Assembly (NCBI RefSeq): GCF_009914755.1
Contig: NC_060936.1
Length of the DNA: 64,000 bases
From: the human T2T-CHM13v2.0 reference genome, Homo sapiens
Reading direction: 5' to 3' (one strand)
Both the position numbers and the translations under genes were made by a program. Within the stretch, counting starts at the first letter, position 1. Each line of letters starts with the position of its first letter. The notes beneath the pieces are model-generated. The model did no database searches and had not been told where the DNA came from. It saw only the letters and a program-made list of their open reading frames with translations. Positions 57,746 to 64,000 of this stretch are shown here, piece by piece.

Positions 57746-59116
57746 CCAGATGACAATTTCTTATTTGCATTAGCCTATTTCCTCCTCAGTTGAATTTCAA
57801 TTTGATTTCTCAAAGGGCAAAAGGGGAAGAACTTATACACATATGTTTCATAGTTTAAAACCTAAGTCTGGTCACATTTTTACTCAATGATATTAAGTAT
57901 AGATTTCAAGTTTGCATACAGTAGCATTTACTATAAAATAGGAGAATGTTACTTTTTAGGAATAATCTAAGGACAGGTGTAGATGTTATTTTTTAATGAG
58001 GTTCAAATTTAGCACTGTAATGAACCTCACTGAAAAAGTAAAGCAGGAAATGGCAGATTTGTTTTGATAGAAACCAAGAATTTTAAGTGTGTGTTGGCTT
58101 TACACTGTCTTTGAAACTGTGCTATGAAAACACAGGATCCAGGAAATGAGCCCAGCCAAGTGATTCCACTCTCTAAAGATGTCAAAGTCGGTTCTCTGCA
58201 ATATCCAAATGTTCCTCTTTTGGAAGTGAAATGAGGAAAGGCCTATATAATTTCTAGCTGAGTAAACGAAGAGTGCTTTATTCTCTTATAAATCAGTTAC
58301 AGTCCCTTAAATAAAAGCATGCTTCCTCCTGAAAGCAGCTGAAAGTTTCATCTCTTTAGAAGAGGCTTTGTTTTCTCTGAAAATGGGCAGGGGGACTAAT
58401 TAAATTAATTTTTCTTTGTTCCTTTAAGAAAAATAAACTTAAAGAAACGGAGTATCTGGGTGTGTATGTGGAAGAAAGTGACTAGCTCTGATGACCAGGC
58501 ACGTCACAGTTTCTTGTTTTGACTCAAGAATGATAAAACAGTAATGGCTTTGACCCATTGCCCTGCTGATGTGCTGATATGAGTTTGCCATTGGTCACTG
58601 GAAGATCAAGGTCTGCCTTTCTGCTGACCAAGCATTCTCCTAACTATTAGTCACTGTCTTCACTTAGAGCTCTCTTTCATGACTCAGTGCAGCTCTCACA
58701 TTTGGGCTGGGCAAAACGGAAGTTCTTACTTAATTCAACCTGCTGCAATAAAAATTGAAACAAACACGTCGCATTCTCCTTTTTCTTAAAAATTTTGGTA
58801 ACATCACTGTGACTAGAGCAGTTAGAGAAACTCTAAAGCAGAAAATAAGAAAATCATTGCTTAATGTGGGATTTCGATGTGGCAGAGTGAGAGTTTTTAC
58901 GGCTATACTGACACAGAAGCATTTGCCTTTGAAAATGGGTAAACTGAGCTTAACATTTTCATGAGGCAAATTAGATGTAATATCTCAATATCTCATAATT
59001 TTCCTCTCAGAGAACATCTGTTTTCTGAAGGAAAGCTGGCAAACCGTGTTGCAATTAGAAGCTGAGACCATTTATAGTGAAGTGAACCTCAGATTACTGA
59101 GGTTGACACTCTAAAG

Positions 59117-59262
59117 CAGGGATTCTTTACCTAGGAATCATGCCTATATTATTACACTCTGAAATCATGTAGGACACTGGTGTAATTTACTAGGAGAGGG
59201 GACATTAATTTTCATCTTTGTCCAATGGTTCTGTGATTCTCCAAATAGGTGAATAACCATTT
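59117..59262 (+). mobile_element. Charlie4z-like hAT MITE
   Basis: cagggattctttacctagg..ggagagggg..ttttcatc..tgtga..aaataggtgaataacca. Confidence 0.55.
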
Positions 59263-60504
59263 CACTAGTGTCTATCAGCATTTAAAACATTCATGACTTT
59301 GAGCTAAATATCCTGTTTCCAGGGATTAATCCTACACAAATATTTATCCTGGTGAACAAGATATTTTAAAATATTATGGCATGTTTATATTATGGAAAAC
59401 TCTAGTAAGATTAAAAATAATAAAGCTCACTTGGGAAACTGTCTAAGATGTATTAACTTAAGAGTAATTTGTTCATCAGATAATCAATTAAGCATCAACA
59501 ATGTCAGGCACTGTGTTTGCTACTAGGAATAAAAGTAAACAAATACTGACCTTTTTTATTTTTATGATACTTGAAGTCTACAAGAGATCAATATGTATTT
59601 ATAATATGTAAATAAAAATATGGGTTAGTGATTGCTTGCAGGTGTTTATTTACATATACTTATCAAAACTCTGGAAGCATATATATCAAGAAGTAAGATT
59701 TTAAAATCTGAGACTTGAAAAGGAGATGAGGAGAGATTTTTAGTTTTTTCTTCTATTTTGTTTGATTTTATTAAATACAATATATTACTTTTGTAATACC
59801 TCAATGCTTATTTTAACCATTTATTAAAACTCTGGGCTGAGGTAGGGAAATGTACAACATTAAACTGAGTGTTGGCTCTGGTTGTTGCAGTCTTCACAGT
59901 AAAAAAACAACACATAAGTTTTGGGTTTTTTTTTTTTTTAATGAGTTTTTGACTGATCTTAAACAACCGGCTAAATTACGTTTTGTATTTAAGATAATTT
60001 TGTCCACTAGATCACTATTCTGTTCTTGTACACACAAACCCTCTGGTCTTCAAGAATGTGGCTGACATATCAGATAGTTTATGAATCCACAGTGTCATTT
60101 GGTGTGCAAAACACTGACCTTAACCCTTAAAGAATAATCAATTATTGGGGTTAAATCTGCAAGTGTTTTATTTAGTATCTAACCACCAACTATATGCCCT
60201 TGAAGAACTTTTCTGGTATTATTTTTTTACTCTCCAAAAGCTCAGGCCTTGATACTTGAGTATTATTTATGTCATATTTTACTTATGTAAGTCTTTGTGT
60301 GAAGGCCTCCAAAGATATCGTGCCTATTTTGTGATCTTGTTGTTTATAGACTCTTCTATGAAAGCAAAATATATGCATTTGGCTGAGTACATTTGGAGCC
60401 AAGGTAGGGGAGCTGGAATAGAAGAGTCCTTGAATGGTATTTGAGCATTATCTTTTTTAAAGAAAACATTTAAAAAGCACATTAAAAATTACTCTTGCAT
60501 GTTA

Positions 60505-60948
60505 CTTTAGACAGAGAGATCCCTAACATTCGTTGCTTTCTAATTTTCCTCTCCTTCTGGGGATACAATTGTGTCACACTTTCTAGCCACTTTGTAGTTT
60601 GATGGGGCCACATGCTGGTGATGGCCAATGGACTGTGTGTAAACAGATGTGCATTAATTCTGAACCAAACCCTGAACAGAGAAAATCCTTCCATCACACC
60701 TTCTCCCCTTCTCCCTTTCCTGGTGAATCTGAAAGCCACACTATAGCCAGAACATGCAGCTATAAGGTGGAGCTGTCCAATAGCTCCTTTGTTAGCCTAG
60801 ATCTCTGAGTGTAGGAGCTTCATGGATACTAGCCACCTTGGAGAGTGGCATGGATCATAAGCATAAGAAATAGGGCTGTGGTATGTTTGCAACGGAGACT
60901 TCAGTGCTGTTTTTTCCTGATGCGTAATCCAGCCTCTTCTGACTAACA
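60505..60948 (+). mobile_element. Old MLT1 (I/J-like) LTR
   Basis: tttctagccactttgtagtttgatggggccacatg..ggccaatggactgtg..agcctagatctctgagtg..cctcttctgactaaca. Confidence 0.65.
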
Positions 60949-61072
60949 GCCATGTCTGTGCCTCATGAAATTTCAGTTACTTTTAATTTAATTTTGTTTA
61001 AAATATAGCTTTTAAGAGTCTGATACATACTAGGCACTGTGTTTGGTGCCAGGAATACAAAGATAAAAAATC

Positions 61073-63210
61073 TCATATTGAATGGGCAAAAACTGGAAGC
61101 ATTCCCTTTGAAAACCAGCACAAGACAAGGATGCCCTCTCTCACCACTCCTATTTAACATAGCATTGGAAGTTATGGCCAGGGCAATCAGGCAAGAGAAA
61201 GAAATAAAGGGTATTCACAGAGGAGGAGAGGAAGTCAAATTGTCTCTGTTTGCAGATGACATGATTGTATATTTAGAAAACCCCATCGTCTCAGCCCAAA
61301 ATCTCCTTAAGCTGATAAGCAACTTCAGCAAAATCTCAGGATACAAAATCAATGTGCAAAAATCACCAGCATTCCTACATACCAATAACAGGCAAGCCGA
61401 GAGCCAAATCATGAATGAACTCCCATTCACAATTGCCACAAAAAGAATAAAATACCTAGGAATAGAGCTAACAAGGGAAGTGAAGGACCTCTTCAAGGAG
61501 AACTACAAACCACTGCTCAAAGAAATCAGAGATGATAAAAACAAATGACAAAACATTCCATGCTCCTGGATAGGAAGAATTAGTATCATGAAAATGGCCA
61601 TAGTGCCTAAAGCAATTTATAGATTCAATGCTAATTCAATTAAACTACATTCTTTACAGAATTACATTGACATTCTTTACAGAATTAGAAAAAAAACTAT
61701 TTTAAAATTCATATGGAACCAAAAAAGAGCCCATATGGCCAAAACAATCCTAAGCAAAAAGAACACAGCTGGAGGTATAACGCTACCAGACTTCAAACGA
61801 TACTACAGGGATACAGTAACCAAAACAGCATGGTACTGGTACAAAAATAGACACATAGACCAATGGAAAAGAATAGAGAACTTAGAAATAAGACTGCACA
61901 CCTACAAGCATCTTATCTTCAACAAACCTGACAAAAACAAGCAATGGGGAAAGGATTCCCTATTTAATACATGGTGCTGGGATAACTGGCTAACGATATG
62001 CAGAAAATTGAAACTGGACCCCTCCTTATACCATGTACAAAAATCAACTTAAGATGTATTAAAGACTTAAATGTAAACCCAAAACTATAAAAACCCTAGA
62101 ACCTACACAATACCATTCAGGACACAGGCATGGGCATATATTTTATGATGAAGGTACCAAAAGCAATTGCAACAAAAGCAAAAATTGATAAATGGAATCT
62201 AATTAAACTAAAGAGCTTCTGCACAGCAAAAGAAACTATCATCAAAATGAATAGACAACCTATAGAATAGGAGAAAAATTTTGCAATCTATCCATCTGAA
62301 AAGATCTAATATCCAGAGTCTACAAAGAGCTTAAACAAATCAACAGGCAAAAAAACCAAAAACAACCCCATTATAGAGTGGGCAAATGACATGAACGCTT
62401 CTCAAAAGAAGATATACATGCAGCCAACAAACATGAAAAAAAGCTCAACATTACTGATCATTAGAGAAATTCAAGTCAAAACCATAAGTGAGATACCATC
62501 TCATGCCAGTTAAAATAGCTATTGTTAAAAAGACAAAAAAAGACAGATGTTCATGAGGTTGTGGAGAAGAACACTTTTCTACTGTTGGTGGGAGTGTAAA
62601 TTAGTTCAACCATTGTGGAAGACAGTGTGGTGATTCCTCAAAGACATAGAGGCAGAAATATTGTTTGACCCAGCAATCCCATTACTGGGTATATACCCAA
62701 AGGAATACAAATCATTATACTATAAAGATACATGCATGCATATGTTCATTGAGCACTATTCACAATAGCAAAGGCATGGAATCCACCTAAATGCCCATCA
62801 GTGACAGGCTGGATAAAGAAACTGTGGTACATACACACCATGGAATACTATGTAGCCATAAAAAGGAACGAGACCATGCTCTTTGCAGGGACATTGATGG
62901 AGCTGGAAGCCATTATTCTCAGCAAACTAATGCAGGAACAGAAAACAAAAGACTGCATGTTCTCACGTATAATTGGGAGCTGAATGATGAGAACATATGG
63001 ATGCATGATGGGGAACAACACACACTGGAGCCTGCTGGGGACGGGGGGAGGGAGAGCATCCAGAATAGGTTATGGATGCTGGGCTTAATACCTAGGTGAT
63101 GAGATGATTTGTGTGGCAAACCACCATGGCACACTTTTACCTATGCAGCAAACCTGCACATCCTGCACATGTACCCCTGAACTTAGAGTAAAAGTTAAAG
63201 AAAAATAAAA
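61073..63210 (+). mobile_element. 5'-truncated L1PA (about L1PA10-13)
   Basis: ORF 61039-61548 contains RT motifs [13 protein letters not shown] and [13 protein letters not shown]; stops and frameshifts follow; L1PA 3'UTR ggatgctgggcttaatacctaggtgat..aacctgcacatcctgcacatgtacccctgaactt and A-tail. Confidence 0.96.
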
Positions 63211-64000
63211 GAAGCTTCTTTAATCTGGCTTTGAGTTGGAAACTAGAAACCATTAATTTTTAAAAAGCTACATATTTTTAGAAATTGAAAGAGAAGAAAG
63301 TCTTTTTCTTCTAGCAAGAATATTTAAACCCTGATACATGCTAAGGAGATGTTCTTGTCCCTGTTGCTCTCAATATGATTGTTATGAGCTTTCAACACAT
63401 TCATGCCTTTATTCTAATACAGATCCAAATAGAAGGCACTTTGCAGATCAATAAGTAATTATCATACACAGAATTTATTTGTACCATCCCCATAACTTAG
63501 CTGTCTACAGTCTGTCAACTGCATTTGGGCAGAATTTAGAATTTGAATGAACATAATTTGCAAATAGCTTGTCATGACCCACAAAAGGTTTTCTGAGATG
63601 GGAAAGCTCTCTTTTTACCATCCCAATGACAGCAGAAACTGGAATTATCTAGAAGGTAAACAAAAATTTAGCTCAACGATCTCCATCTCCACAACTACTG
63701 TATATTGATTTTCTGTCAAGAAGATGTACAACTCTTGGAGCATGCTCCCTGTATTCTTATTTATTTTTATATTTATTTACTCATTCATTTATTTTGTGGT
63801 GGGGTAGCCATGGCTACCAAGTTGAATAAGTTTCTTAAGCATTAGAATATATATCAAAGCCTTGAAATGTGTACCTAATACAGGAGAAGATACTCCTTTA
63901 GAAATGAAAAATTAAAAGCATTATTTCTGGGAGTAGATGGAGCTAGATAGTTCCTGCCTGCTGTTAACATTGTACACGGGTAAATATTCATATCAACAAA

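Overview
Primate (very probably human) AT-rich, CpG-poor non-coding genomic DNA, typical of a gene desert or large intron. I find no credible protein-coding exon, RNA gene, CpG island or CRISPR array. The only ORFs with real protein similarity are broken LINE-1 ORF2 pieces (29.8-30.9 kb, 61.0-62.1 kb). Much of the window is interspersed repeat: 9 Alus (J, S and Y types), several L1s (including a twin-primed inverted L1PA), L2 and MIR relics, MaLR/ERVL LTRs, one MaLR internal region, MER21, LTR16C and Tigger/Charlie DNA transposons, often nested. Subfamily names are recalled from consensus sequences, not from a search, and boundaries of old elements are approximate. The most unusual observations are: (1) an ERV-L fragment arranged 3'-internal/PPT/LTR/18-nt tRNA-Leu PBS, resembling a captured reverse-transcription intermediate; (2) a ~60-bp templated copy of sequence 1.48 kb upstream inserted into an LTR (TA)n tract; (3) an almost LTR-less but full-length MLT1 internal region; (4) a trimeric Alu inside one TSD; (5) several micro-templated duplications; (6) several repeat-free, motif-dense candidate enhancers. 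I do not see evidence for a new gene system.
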